DNA of 64,000 nucleotides from Macrostomum lignano (Eukaryota): NCBI GenBank assembly GCA_002269645.1, contig NIVC01001122.1, positions 1 to 64,000 of the forward strand, read 5' to 3'. Shown piece by piece: positions 37,921 to 47,529 of this stretch (position 1 is its first letter; each line of letters starts with the position of its first letter). The notes under the pieces were generated by a model. It saw only the letters and a program-made list of their open reading frames with translations, ran no database searches and was not told where the DNA came from. The position numbers and the translations under genes were made by a program.

Positions 37921-39593
37921 CGCCTTCGATTCCTCATCCAGGGGAACCTGATAGTACGCATCGATAGGTCCAGCCGACAGAACAGCTTCTTGTTGGCCAT
38001 TTTCGAAAAGGCTGTCTCAATCGAGGGAGTGAGGAAGGTCTGGTCTTGAACCAACCGATTAACAGCCGAATAATCTCCACAAATTCTCACGGATGCCCGA
38101 TCTGACTTCACCGTCACCACAATTGGACTGCCCCATTCCGACGACATCACCTTCTCAACGATTCCAGCACTTTCCATCAGGTCCAGCTCCTTCTTAACCA
38201 AGTGCTTCAGCGCTAAGGGCAGTTCTCTGGCTGCCTGGAAAATTGGCCTAGCTCCAGCACAAAGACGGATTTCTCCGGTAGCACCAGATATTCCCAACAA
38301 GCTCTCATACCTGTTGCTGGCGGCTGACTCATCAGAACTGGCATGGTGCACCGGTGCGAGGACCAGCAGATTCCGGCCGAGCAGCCCAAACTCCTGTTGG
38401 CAGTCGATGACGGGCAGCTCTGCCGCCTTGAAGCGGCCGATGTTGCCAGTGGTCTCCACCAGGCATTCCAGAACGCCCATCTGTCTCATAACGTGTCCGT
38501 CATACGCCAGCATGCGCGACTTCGCCGACTTCAGCGGGGGCCTTCCGAGCTCATTCCAGATCCTTCGTGAGATTAACGAGCAGGAGGCACCGCTGTCCTT
38601 CTCCATCAGCACTTCTCTGTGATTGATTTTCACAGTGCAGAACTCGGCAGGCTTTCCTTCTCCACAGTAGAATACGGGCTCATCACAATAGGAGTCTTCT
38701 GGACTCAGCTGAGTGCCGACTGCTTCAGCTGGGGCAGCGAAGTGGGTCCTGGCACCGCGGCACACACGGGCAAAGTGGCCAGGCTTTCCACATTGATTGC
38801 AGGTGGCTCTCAGGGCTCGGCAGTCAGCGGGCTTCTGGTGCGATCTCAACCCGCAACGCTGACAGCGCTGGTGTCCGAAGTTCTGCTTCTGCCTCATAAC
38901 CGAATTAACGTTGACAGAGCCGGAGCTATCCGGATGGCAGTGAGCTTCATCAGCCGTAGTCAGACCCGCGGTCGACAGCGACCTAGCCTGGTGCACCACC
39001 GAATCCACAAGAGTCGAGTGAGCAGCAGCCTGGGACCCAGCTGAAAAGTTGCTGACCATCAGCAGCTGCTGAACATATTCTGTGACCTGATCGACCGTCA
39101 GTTCTTGAGTAACTTCACGCTCGAGCACCTTGTTCCTGATGTTCGAGTTGGCCAGACCGGCAATGAGCCGCATCTTGATGAGCGCTTCGGCGGGGTCCGC
39201 TCCTTCCTTTTTCAGGCTCTCGAACTCGCATACGACGGCTTGCTCCCTGAGACGAGCGGCATAGCTGGTGACGGTTTCGCCTTCGGCCTGGCGCATAGAC
39301 ATGAAGGCTGTCCTCTCAGCGATCTGCAGTTTCTTCTTGGGCTCCACAAACGCCAGTAGGCATTGCTTGATTTCAGACCATTTCATCGCAGACGGGGTTT
39401 TTGGAGCAACCAGCTGCTTGACTTTTATGAGCTCAGCGACCCCGAGGCAGCCCATGAAAGCGTCGGTCAGCGCTCGTCTCTCGTCGGTATCTTCGACTCC
39501 TTTGGATCTGGCCTGGGCGTCAAATACTTCAACCCAGGCGCGAAGCTCATCTATGTTGCTCAACGGCAGCGTCTCTCTCAATTTGATGCTCAT
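37917..39593 (-). CDS. gag: Gypsy gag, aspartic protease and start of RT
   Basis: Two Cys/His knuckles (CQRCGLRSH...C; CNQCGKPGHFARVC), protease DSGAS, RT start SEWGSPIV..RICGDY. Confidence 0.93.
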   Translation of the reverse strand: MSIKLRETLPLSNIDELRAWVEVFDAQARSKGVEDTDERRALTDAFMGCLGVAELIKVKQLVAPKTPSAMKWSEIKQCLLAFVEPKKKLQIAERTAFMSMRQAEGETVTSYAARLREQAVVCEFESLKKEGADPAEALIKMRLIAGLANSNIRNKVLEREVTQELTVDQVTEYVQQLLMVSNFSAGSQAAAHSTLVDSVVHQARSLSTAGLTTADEAHCHPDSSGSVNVNSVMRQKQNFGHQRCQRCGLRSHQKPADCRALRATCNQCGKPGHFARVCRGARTHFAAPAEAVGTQLSPEDSYCDEPVFYCGEGKPAEFCTVKINHREVLMEKDSGASCSLISRRIWNELGRPPLKSAKSRMLAYDGHVMRQMGVLECLVETTGNIGRFKAAELPVIDCQQEFGLLGRNLLVLAPVHHASSDESAASNRYESLLGISGATGEIRLCAGARPIFQAARELPLALKHLVKKELDLMESAGIVEKVMSSEWGSPIVVTVKSDRASVRICGDYSAVNRLVQDQTFLTPSIETAFSKMANKKLFCRLDLSMRTIRFPWMRNRRR

Positions 39594-39594
39594 T

Positions 39595-39612
39595 ATCCTG
39601 CTCGCGACGCCA
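39595..39612 (-). promoter_or_regulatory. Primer-binding site TGGCGTCGCGAGCAGGAT, probably tRNA-Ser
   Basis: 3 nt from the 5' LTR, starts with TGG, and resembles the complement of metazoan tRNA-Ser(CGA)-type 3' ends. Confidence 0.75.
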
Positions 39613-39615
39613 AAA

Positions 39616-39911
39616 TGTTAGTCTAGGAAAACTGAGTCAAGTCATGTTTGCAAGCGAAGGAGAATACCATTGAAAGATCTCTACCGAAGTGACGAAAGTA
39701 TTTATTTGACTACATAACACGAAACCACGTACATTAGTAGACAAACGCCATCCGATTGGCTGGGGGTTAAAACCATGCACACTGGCAAGCACAAATGTAC
39801 ACAGGTAGGGGTAAAACGATAGCGCGCAAGAATGATCAGTCACGGGAGGGAGAGAGAGAGAGAGAGAGAGACAAGTGAAACAACATGAAAAACCAAAGTA
39901 CAACCCCAACA
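39616..39911 (-). repeat. 5' LTR (296 bp)
   Basis: See 35343-35638. Confidence 0.95.
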
Positions 39912-39954
39912 GGTACTTTCCGAGGGTACAAGAAATGTAAAGGTACAAGACTAG

Positions 39955-40120
39955 TCCCAAAATGACACAATTAAGTACCAAAATGACACATTTAAGTCCC
40001 AAAATGACACATCTAAGTCCCAAAATGACACATCTAAGTCCCAAAATAACACATCCAAGTCCCAAAATGACACATCTAAGTCCCAAAATGACACATCTAA
40101 GTCCCGAAATGACACATCTA
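39955..40120. repeat. 21-bp tandem repeat (cccaaaatgacacatctaagt) in Polinton intergenic DNA
   Basis: About 8 units just beyond the Gypsy insertion site. Confidence 0.93.
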
Positions 40121-40160
40121 CATTATTTATTATTTAAATTTTTTTTTCATCATAGAAAAA

Positions 40161-40961
40161 ATGGACTTCTCAAACGACTTCAATCCTCACTGGACACGTA
40201 ATCAGATTAAGTTTTCTCATCATGAGTCAATCCCGAGTCACTTCAGATGCATTGTTGTTGGTTCATCAGGTTCAGGTAAAACATTCAGAGTCTTTAACAT
40301 GCTTCTTAGACCTGGCTTTATCGACTATGACACTCTGCACATCTACTCTCCCACACTGTATCAAGATGAGTATAGAATGCTGATTGCAGGGCTTCAAAAC
40401 AAGCTGAACAAAGAGGACATTATTGCATGTTTTAATAACCAACAAATCCTTCCCAGCAACCCTGAAATTGTAGCTGCCGAATATGCAAAGCACCTCAAAG
40501 ACAATGAAAAATGGCAGAACATTAAAGTGTTCACCTATGGAGATCCACAGGCTGATCCAAAGACCAAACTTCTACCCCAACCAGATGAGCTAGAAAAGGG
40601 GAGAAAGCATTTGATCGTCTTTGATGATTGTATGACAGGCCCACAGAAGCAGATAGAAAACTATTTTACAAGAGGGCGACATAACAATTGTAATGTAATT
40701 TACATTGCACAGAATTGGTTCGAGCTCCCGAACAAAACAATTCGTGGGAACTGCAATCTGATTCTCCTGTTTCCAACCATTCCACAGGACAGGTTAAAAA
40801 GATTTTACAATGAGGTCATTGCGCCTGCCTATTTCATAAATCCAACAAAAAACTCAAGCAGAAAGATTTCACAAGAGGAATTCGTTAATCTTTGCTATGA
40901 CAAGTGGAATCAGCCTTACCAGTTTGTGATTATCAGCAAAGAAAAAAGAACTGTAATTTAA
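40161..40961 (+). CDS. Genome-packaging ATPase (A32/FtsK-HerA type), 266 aa
   Basis: Walker A VVGSSGSGKT, Walker B LIVFDD, RGRH arginine motif, IYIAQ. Confidence 0.92.
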   Translation: MDFSNDFNPHWTRNQIKFSHHESIPSHFRCIVVGSSGSGKTFRVFNMLLRPGFIDYDTLHIYSPTLYQDEYRMLIAGLQNKLNKEDIIACFNNQQILPSNPEIVAAEYAKHLKDNEKWQNIKVFTYGDPQADPKTKLLPQPDELEKGRKHLIVFDDCMTGPQKQIENYFTRGRHNNCNVIYIAQNWFELPNKTIRGNCNLILLFPTIPQDRLKRFYNEVIAPAYFINPTKNSSRKISQEEFVNLCYDKWNQPYQFVIISKEKRTVI

Positions 40962-40977
40962 AATTTGCTATTAAAAG

Positions 40978-41796
40978 ATGTCAATAAACTTTGCAGGTGA
41001 ATCCATTTCTGGCAACAGCGCTCTTACATCAGCTCAGATATCCATCCTTGACAGGCGATATATCAACAGCGACGAAAAGATCCCAGAGATCAAACTGAAT
41101 AAAAACAGACTGAAAACCCTAGAGCGCTCCATGCACCAGTTGCAAATAAACATGGAAGATCTCAGGCTTAAAGTAGCTAGGCAGAAGTTTGAAAGTGATA
41201 AGCTTTATGTGCCGTTGTTAAACGCAACTAATGAACTAAGGTCAGAAATAACTTCGATAGTCTCGCTAATCAACGGCTTGAGATCATCAGTTAATCTTCT
41301 GGGAAATTCCACTGATAGACGGATGCGTATTCTCGAAGGAGGAGTTTTCACAAACACAGCTAAAGTAAATAATTTAGAAGAGTTCATGAACCAGTCAACA
41401 GCGTTGCATGATAGAATTAAAGAAAACGTCGCAACCAACACAGGTAAAGTGAGGAATTTAGAAGAGTTCATGACTCAGTCAACATCGTTGCATGATCGAA
41501 TCAAAGAAAGACTTGAAGCATTAAAGAGAAAGGATGTATCACACAGTAGCTATCTAAACGGAATGTATAGCTCTTGGGGTAAAATACTAAGGAGGCTTGA
41601 TCGTCTGGAGAGAACACTCAATCTTCGTGATATTGCTATTGATGAAGCAGAATCTACTGCTCGTCCGGTCATGTCTACAGATCGAGTAGAAGGAGCTCTG
41701 GACCCCGCCGGAGTAATCCGGCACGCTCTCAAACGTCAGCCGCCCAGCCGCTGCCTGCTGGACTCGCGATCCTCCGGCGTCACGAGAGCCGCCTAG
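40978..41796 (+). CDS. Coiled-coil Polinton ORFan with an internal 28-aa duplication (272 aa)
   Basis: Heptad-rich; NTAKVNNLEEFMNQSTALHDRIKE repeated as NTGKVRNLEEFMTQSTSLHDRIKE. Confidence 0.65.
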   Translation: MSINFAGESISGNSALTSAQISILDRRYINSDEKIPEIKLNKNRLKTLERSMHQLQINMEDLRLKVARQKFESDKLYVPLLNATNELRSEITSIVSLINGLRSSVNLLGNSTDRRMRILEGGVFTNTAKVNNLEEFMNQSTALHDRIKENVATNTGKVRNLEEFMTQSTSLHDRIKERLEALKRKDVSHSSYLNGMYSSWGKILRRLDRLERTLNLRDIAIDEAESTARPVMSTDRVEGALDPAGVIRHALKRQPPSRCLLDSRSSGVTRAA

Positions 41797-41887
41797 ACAA
41801 CCGGCGGTGCAGATGGAATTATCAAAAAGAAAACAGATCTTTCAACCGGGTAGTTTTGTAATTTTTTTATTTTTTCTAGAGAAAAAA

Positions 41888-42595
41888 ATGGCCCAACAAA
41901 ATTCTCTATACGATCAGTCTCAATACGTTGAACCTAAAATACCGACAGCACCAAACCCAATGGCACCGAATTCGAACACACAAAGCCTGAATGCACCGAA
42001 TCTGAATGCACCTCAATATGAGCAACAAAAACTCTACCCCGTCATTACTTGTAACTCTCAGCAGTTTCGACTAGTGGAGATTCAAAAAATGCGAGATGAT
42101 CTTGAAAAAAATATTTTCCACAACACAAAGAAAATTAAGCGCTATGACAGCCACTGTAAATTTTTTGACTACAGCAATATGATTCTAGGATCTGTGTGTG
42201 TTCTAACTGGGTCTGCTGCAGCTGTCTCAGTGTTGCCAGTCATCACAGCCCCAATCGCAATCCCGCTCGGCTCTGCTGGTGCTGCATGTGGACTTATTTC
42301 AGCAATTACTGGAGCATTAGCGCGAAACAGGCGAAAAAAACTAAAGCAGCTACAGGAGAAGCAAGTAAAAGAGAAAGGGGTGCACACTTCAATCATAGGG
42401 TACATTTCAAGGGCAATCGAGGATAAGTTCATTTCAGAGGATGAGTTCAAAACCATTCAGGATCTTTATGAACAATCAATTCGAATGAACTTGAACATGG
42501 TCGGTACTGATGACATGAGTCAGCTGAAAAATGAACTCGAGAAAGTTTTTCAACATTATGTGGAAAGAAGGACAACGAGAAATGCACCACAATGA
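41888..42595 (+). CDS. Polinton hydrophobic hairpin/coiled-coil protein (~235 aa)
   Basis: FRLVEI..., long G/A/S-rich hydrophobic stretch, ISRAIEDKFISEDEF. The pattern recalls a conserved Maverick membrane-associated ORF. Confidence 0.7.
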   Translation: MAQQNSLYDQSQYVEPKIPTAPNPMAPNSNTQSLNAPNLNAPQYEQQKLYPVITCNSQQFRLVEIQKMRDDLEKNIFHNTKKIKRYDSHCKFFDYSNMILGSVCVLTGSAAAVSVLPVITAPIAIPLGSAGAACGLISAITGALARNRRKKLKQLQEKQVKEKGVHTSIIGYISRAIEDKFISEDEFKTIQDLYEQSIRMNLNMVGTDDMSQLKNELEKVFQHYVERRTTRNAPQ

Positions 42596-42599
42596 ACCC

Positions 42600-43001
42600 T
42601 TATGAAACACAGCCAAGAATAATTTCCTTGTAGGTCTTTCGTGTTTTGGTCATTGCATACAAAACAGTCATGCACAGCTCACCACAAATATCACTGCTAA
42701 GACCTTGGAGAATAAAGTCTGAGCGATAAATTTTTTTATTCTTTTTTCCCTTCATATAATTTCTTAGCTCTTCTGGTACTGCCGTCCCATAGCTATCGAA
42801 GTAATAACACTTGTGCTTGCGATCGGGATCAATCACCCAGCAAACCCAATGAAATCCTGGCTTATCGGCGGTGTCAAAGTTCATGATGCCGCATTCCTTT
42901 CTTAGAGGAAAATCAGGCAGAGTGTCCCTCATAAATATTCCTCTAAAGTTTGGGATTTCCAGTTCGTTAGCCAAATCTTCAAGAAAGTTATTTGTTGTCA
43001 T
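42600..43001 (-). CDS. Adenain/Ulp1-like cysteine protease (~133 aa)
   Basis: GFHWVCW (His), YYFDSYG (Asp), LQ..SSDICGELC (Gln, Cys). Confidence 0.92.
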   Translation of the reverse strand: MTTNNFLEDLANELEIPNFRGIFMRDTLPDFPLRKECGIMNFDTADKPGFHWVCWVIDPDRKHKCYYFDSYGTAVPEELRNYMKGKKNKKIYRSDFILQGLSSDICGELCMTVLYAMTKTRKTYKEIILGCVS

Positions 43002-43093
43002 TTTTATGAGGTTTATTAAACTTTCTCTTAAACCTAAACCTAATCTCAACCTCCTAATCTCCAGTGCACGAACCTAATCTCCAGTGCCCGAAC

Positions 43094-46000
43094 CTAACCT
43101 CCACCTCCTAAACCTAACCTCCAGTGCCCGAACGGTAGACTGTTGATATTGTCATCAAAAATGAATCTCTTGTTATCTGCACCTGACAGTCCAATCTTCT
43201 TTTGCTGAATTGTGTGAATAATATGGTTTTTAGATTGTAGCTTTGAGAACTCATGTGATGTCTTTTTGTTGCAATTCAAGGCGTCTCTGTATTCAGCTTC
43301 ATTAATTTCCTTCCTAACCACACGTTTCGGAATTCCCTTTGATTTTTTAATTGGGTCTGACGACTCACATTTTACAAAATAGGACTTTGCTCTCAACCCA
43401 ATGAATTCAGTGATTATGTCACCAGCAATCTCGTCCTTCATTTTCCCAATCACTTTCTTGTTAGTGGCGTCAAACACTTGATCGCCATTCTGTGTCCTGC
43501 AAGATTCATCATACTCAGACAAGTCAAACAAATCTTTTTGCTGCAGCATGTCCTGATAAATGTCTTCTGTTTGAATGTCCATAATAAAACTGTCTGTGTC
43601 AGTGTACAAGAGTTTCATTTTATCCTTGTACTGCTGCTTCATGCCATAGAAGAACTGGTACATCAGACGTTTTGATTCGTCGAGTACAGTGACACCTGTA
43701 TAGATCGGCTTGCGCAGCGTCACCTTGGTTTTGTAAAATATGATCACACCTAGTAGCTATTAAAGATATGGAGTTCTTTGAATGTTGGCTTTGACATATT
43801 TGCCTGAATAACAGCAGGCTCTGATGAGGTAACAAGTTTCAGGTTTGTTCTTTTCCGCTCATTTTCAAGAGTCTTGCCATAGACAGAGTTGTTGGCCAAC
43901 TTAAAGAGGTTCTTGTCAAAGTCGTTGGTTGCTTTGGTCCTAAACTGGGTATTCTTATCAATGTAGGGTTTCATCCACGCTTCCTCTGTAAATGTAAGAG
44001 CCCGGTGAACTTTAGTGACCCTGCAACCAAGTGAGATAAAATACTGAAGCAGTTTGTAATGGATTTTGTAACGTGTCTTGTTGTTTAGATTCTGTGTTAG
44101 CTTCTCTGTATGTTCTTTTTCTGTTCCTGACAGGTGCCAAGTTCCATTATTATCATTGGGAGTTTCGATTATTTTCGGGCACTTGATGTTCTCTGGGAAG
44201 GGTGGAAAGTCAGAGAAATAGTCGTGAAGCTCTGGTGGAATGTAAACATCAACCTCATAAATGGCAGCCAATGAAAAGTCCCGTTTGAATTCTGATGAGG
44301 GTAGCCATCAAAATCTCTAACTGGAAGATCTTGACTCATCGCCCACCCGTAGAGATTATTAGCGTCCAAGTAAGTAATGTAGTTTGAGGGCTGCTCCTTA
44401 TTGTAAGATTCAATGTAGGGATTGTTTGCTTTTGCATACCTGTTAACGCAAATTGAGATTCCCCCTCGCTTTGACGATTCGACAAAATTGTACATGTCAA
44501 TGTCTGTAAGAAGTTCAATGTACCAATCTGGATCTTGATCCCATTTCATTTTAAGCAAAGATTCCCAGCTAGTGGCAGGCAGAGACACATAATGTGCTGG
44601 ATCGAGGCCATATGCTGTGTACCAGGTGTATCTGAAGGTTTCAAACACATCGGCCAGCAGAAACACATCTGTGTAGAGGTAAAGCAGGTGATACTGGAAG
44701 AAGTTTTGACAATTAAAGTAATTATAGACATGCTTCGCGTGCTCATAGTCTTTGTCAGAGATTCCAGAGTCTGTTAGCTTTGAAAAGAACTTCTCCTGTG
44801 GTGGTACCTCTTCAAAAACATGATACCCAGTAATATTTTCATAGGGGTAGAAGCCTTTCTTTCTTAAAAGTTTAAATGATTCATCACTGTTGTTAATTTG
44901 ACTTGCAAATATCTTTGTATATGTACATTGTTCATCTTTTAGATTCTTACTTAGTTCGTCTAGACTGGCAGCTAGAAATTGATATGAATCCTTCAGTCTT
45001 ATTTTACCTGTACCCGAATTATCCTGTTTAATATCAACACACTTAAACTTCTCCTTGTTCTCTGCGATGCAATCAAGGTGTATGTCTGGAATCATGCCGA
45101 TTTTTTCAACTATTAAATGCATGTCATAGTTCTTTGCGTTGTGACAAAATATCGTTAGATCATGAATGTTCGATTTTAGCTTTAGATTACAGGTGTTATG
45201 CGCTGCACCTCTAAATTTCCCAGTATAGTGGCAGTGGTCTCTAACGGTGGGGTTTTTAAAATCAGTGCAAGTTAACTGTTTCCTGCAGATGTGGCAATGA
45301 GTTGCTGATAGGAAATTGCTTTCATCCTCCTCAGTCATCATTATTGGAACAGGTTGAAGGGTGCTAATTACTCTTTGCAACTCTAACATTCTGGCAATAA
45401 ACTGCTCCACACACTGGTCTCCAAAGAAATAATTAGACTCAACAAGTCCTTTTGTATTAATAAAGGCATATGCTACTGAATTGGGGACATGTTTTTGAGT
45501 TTGAGTTTGTTTTTGAGTTTCTGGCATGATTGAGCATTCGAAATCAGCATATACAACAAATGGGAGCTTCTCCATCTTGTGATAGTTCTTAAACCGGAGA
45601 TACTTCTCTTCAGCTGAAGGAAGAGAGCAGTTTGTCGGGTGATCCTCGCATGATAATTCATGCTCTGTTAGCTTTTCAAAGCGTTCAGGTCCACTGTAAT
45701 GCTTAAGGCACAAGCGGCAGATGGCAACAGCCTCGTGATGATTATTCAACTGCTTGTGAATGAGTCTTGAAAGATCTTTAACCAAACATAGTGAGCCTCC
45801 TCTAGTAAATTACCAATCACTAGAAGATCCACTTCAGTCCGCCTTTTCCCCTCAGGATCTAAAACGTCTTTGCTACATCTGACCGGTTGAACTTTTTCAG
45901 TTTTCTCACTCCACTCAAAGACTATGATTCTAATTTTGTTATTAAACACTTCTTCTAGCTTAGGGATCTGAGAAATCGCCAAGCCTCCTTTGTCAAACCT

Positions 46001-46933
46001 GATTCCCTTCTTTTCGCATTCAATGAGATAGTAGTTGAAATAATTTTGATAATTTGAGGTTCTTTCGGGGTGGTGAGGGACACTATCATGAAAAAGTGCA
46101 GAAAGAACTGCCCACAGAGCACAGCAATTGTCTTTATTTTTAACATTTATGCAAGCTTTTTTGCCGGCTAGCTTATGCGGGAGCTCTATATAAGAGGAGG
46201 CTTTAAGTGGGTCATATTTCATGACCATGACAGTCGCTCTTTGAATCCCTCCCACGACCCATCCGGAACCTCTGGATGTAAACGCTTCAATTTTCTTATT
46301 GACATCTTGAAGGAAAGGATCCAGTGTGTCAGTAGGGGTGAATGGCTTTGCCTTTGTTGTCATGTAATACTCGAGATGTTCAGTGGGTTTCGCAGGCATA
46401 TAAAACGCAATCTTGAATGATATCTGTAGTTTAAAGGTCTTGCGTGTTTTGAGTGTGTGATCAACAACTGATTGGATGCTGTCTTTATAGTCGTAGATGT
46501 TTGCGGTGGTACCGTTGGTGTCGTTAATTGGGATTGTGTACTCTATGTAATGTTCTGTAAACTTCCTCTGTGCAAAATTAATCTCTTCAGTGGCAAGCTC
46601 CGACTCTTTTAAATGGATTAATTGCTCTAATTTCTCTTGTTCCTGCTTATTTTGTGGGTACTTTGCTTTTTCACCAGTAAGAGTTTCATATTTGTTAACT
46701 AAGTTGCGACTCCTCTCTTGGTGTTCCTTTGCAGGATTTTGCATAGGCGCATATTGGTTGGATTCTAATTGATTGATGATTTCCAACTGTTTTTCATAGC
46801 TTCCCAGGTGACCAGGGTCGGTGTTAAACTTTTGTTTACATGCTTCTCTTAGTAAATTACTTTTGTCTTGAAATGAGACGCCTTTTGAAAAATGTTTGTT
46901 GACTAAATCTTTTGCTGGATTAGCTTTTGGCAT
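43094..46933 (-). CDS. polB: Protein-primed family B DNA polymerase (~1280 aa), split into four ORFs by three -1 frameshifts
   Basis: Exo motifs YADFE, HNAKNYD, TDVFLLADVF; polymerase motifs YLDANNLYGWAM, KLANNSVYGKT, YTDTDS, KSKGI; endonuclease-VII-like zinc insert. Frameshifts near 45782, 44310 and 43752. Confidence 0.93.
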
Positions 46934-47057
46934 TTTTTTCTCTAAAATAAAAAAAATTTTTGAGGGTGACCACCCTGATAGAAAAGTTGAACTGTTTCTA
47001 CATCCTATAAGTAGCGCTAGGTTTATGAAGCTGGATAAAGTGGGGTTTTAAACCTCA

Positions 47058-47513
47058 TCACATCCGCATTATTGTAAACCCAGCATTGTGCAGTGTCATG
47101 ATAGCTTTGACAATGTCAGACTTGCTTATAGAATTTTCATGCTCACAATCATCACGATCATCACAATCGGGGCAGCCCTCTCCTGCCTTAATTGTTATAC
47201 CTTTGTCTCTTGCAATCTTTTGCAATTCAAGCTGGTGGGCTCTATCATTACCAGCTTTAACAGCAGTTGCTACACCTCCAGCTACACCACCTGCGGCACT
47301 TACAGCGCCTGCAATAATCGGGATAAGAGCTGCTAATGGTAGGATTCCTCCTAACTTTTCATCTGTGATGCTGTGTCTTTGCTCATTACACTGAACTATT
47401 TGCTGCACGGGATCGACTTTTACTTTGGCACCTTTTATTGATATAAGACCTGGTCTCTTTGATTCAATGATTTTATTGAGTTTATTGATGGTTCTGGTTT
47501 CAATCTTTGTCAT
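47058..47513 (-). CDS. Small Polinton protein with GG|ILPL hydrophobic Gly/Ala-rich helix (151 aa), candidate virion core/membrane-active protein
   Basis: LGGILPLAALIPIIAGAVSAAGGVAGGVATAV resembles the GGFLPL-type small proteins of Mavericks/adintoviruses (recollection). Confidence 0.7.
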   Translation of the reverse strand: MTKIETRTINKLNKIIESKRPGLISIKGAKVKVDPVQQIVQCNEQRHSITDEKLGGILPLAALIPIIAGAVSAAGGVAGGVATAVKAGNDRAHQLELQKIARDKGITIKAGEGCPDCDDRDDCEHENSISKSDIVKAIMTLHNAGFTIMRM

Positions 47514-47529
47514 TTTTTATTTTAATATT

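Larger units (their letters stand above)
35343..39911 (-). mobile_element. Ty3/Gypsy LTR retrotransposon (Mag-like), nested in the Polinton
   Basis: 296-bp TG...CA LTRs; 5-bp TSD GGTAC at 35338-35342 and 39912-39916; PBS, PPT and gag-pol. Confidence 0.97.

Noticed and set aside
35981-39626. Many plus-strand ORFs over the Gypsy
   Set aside because: Antisense shadows of GC-rich gag-pol. Likewise 6992-7829, 26131-26580 and 53689-54195 over the GPCR exons.
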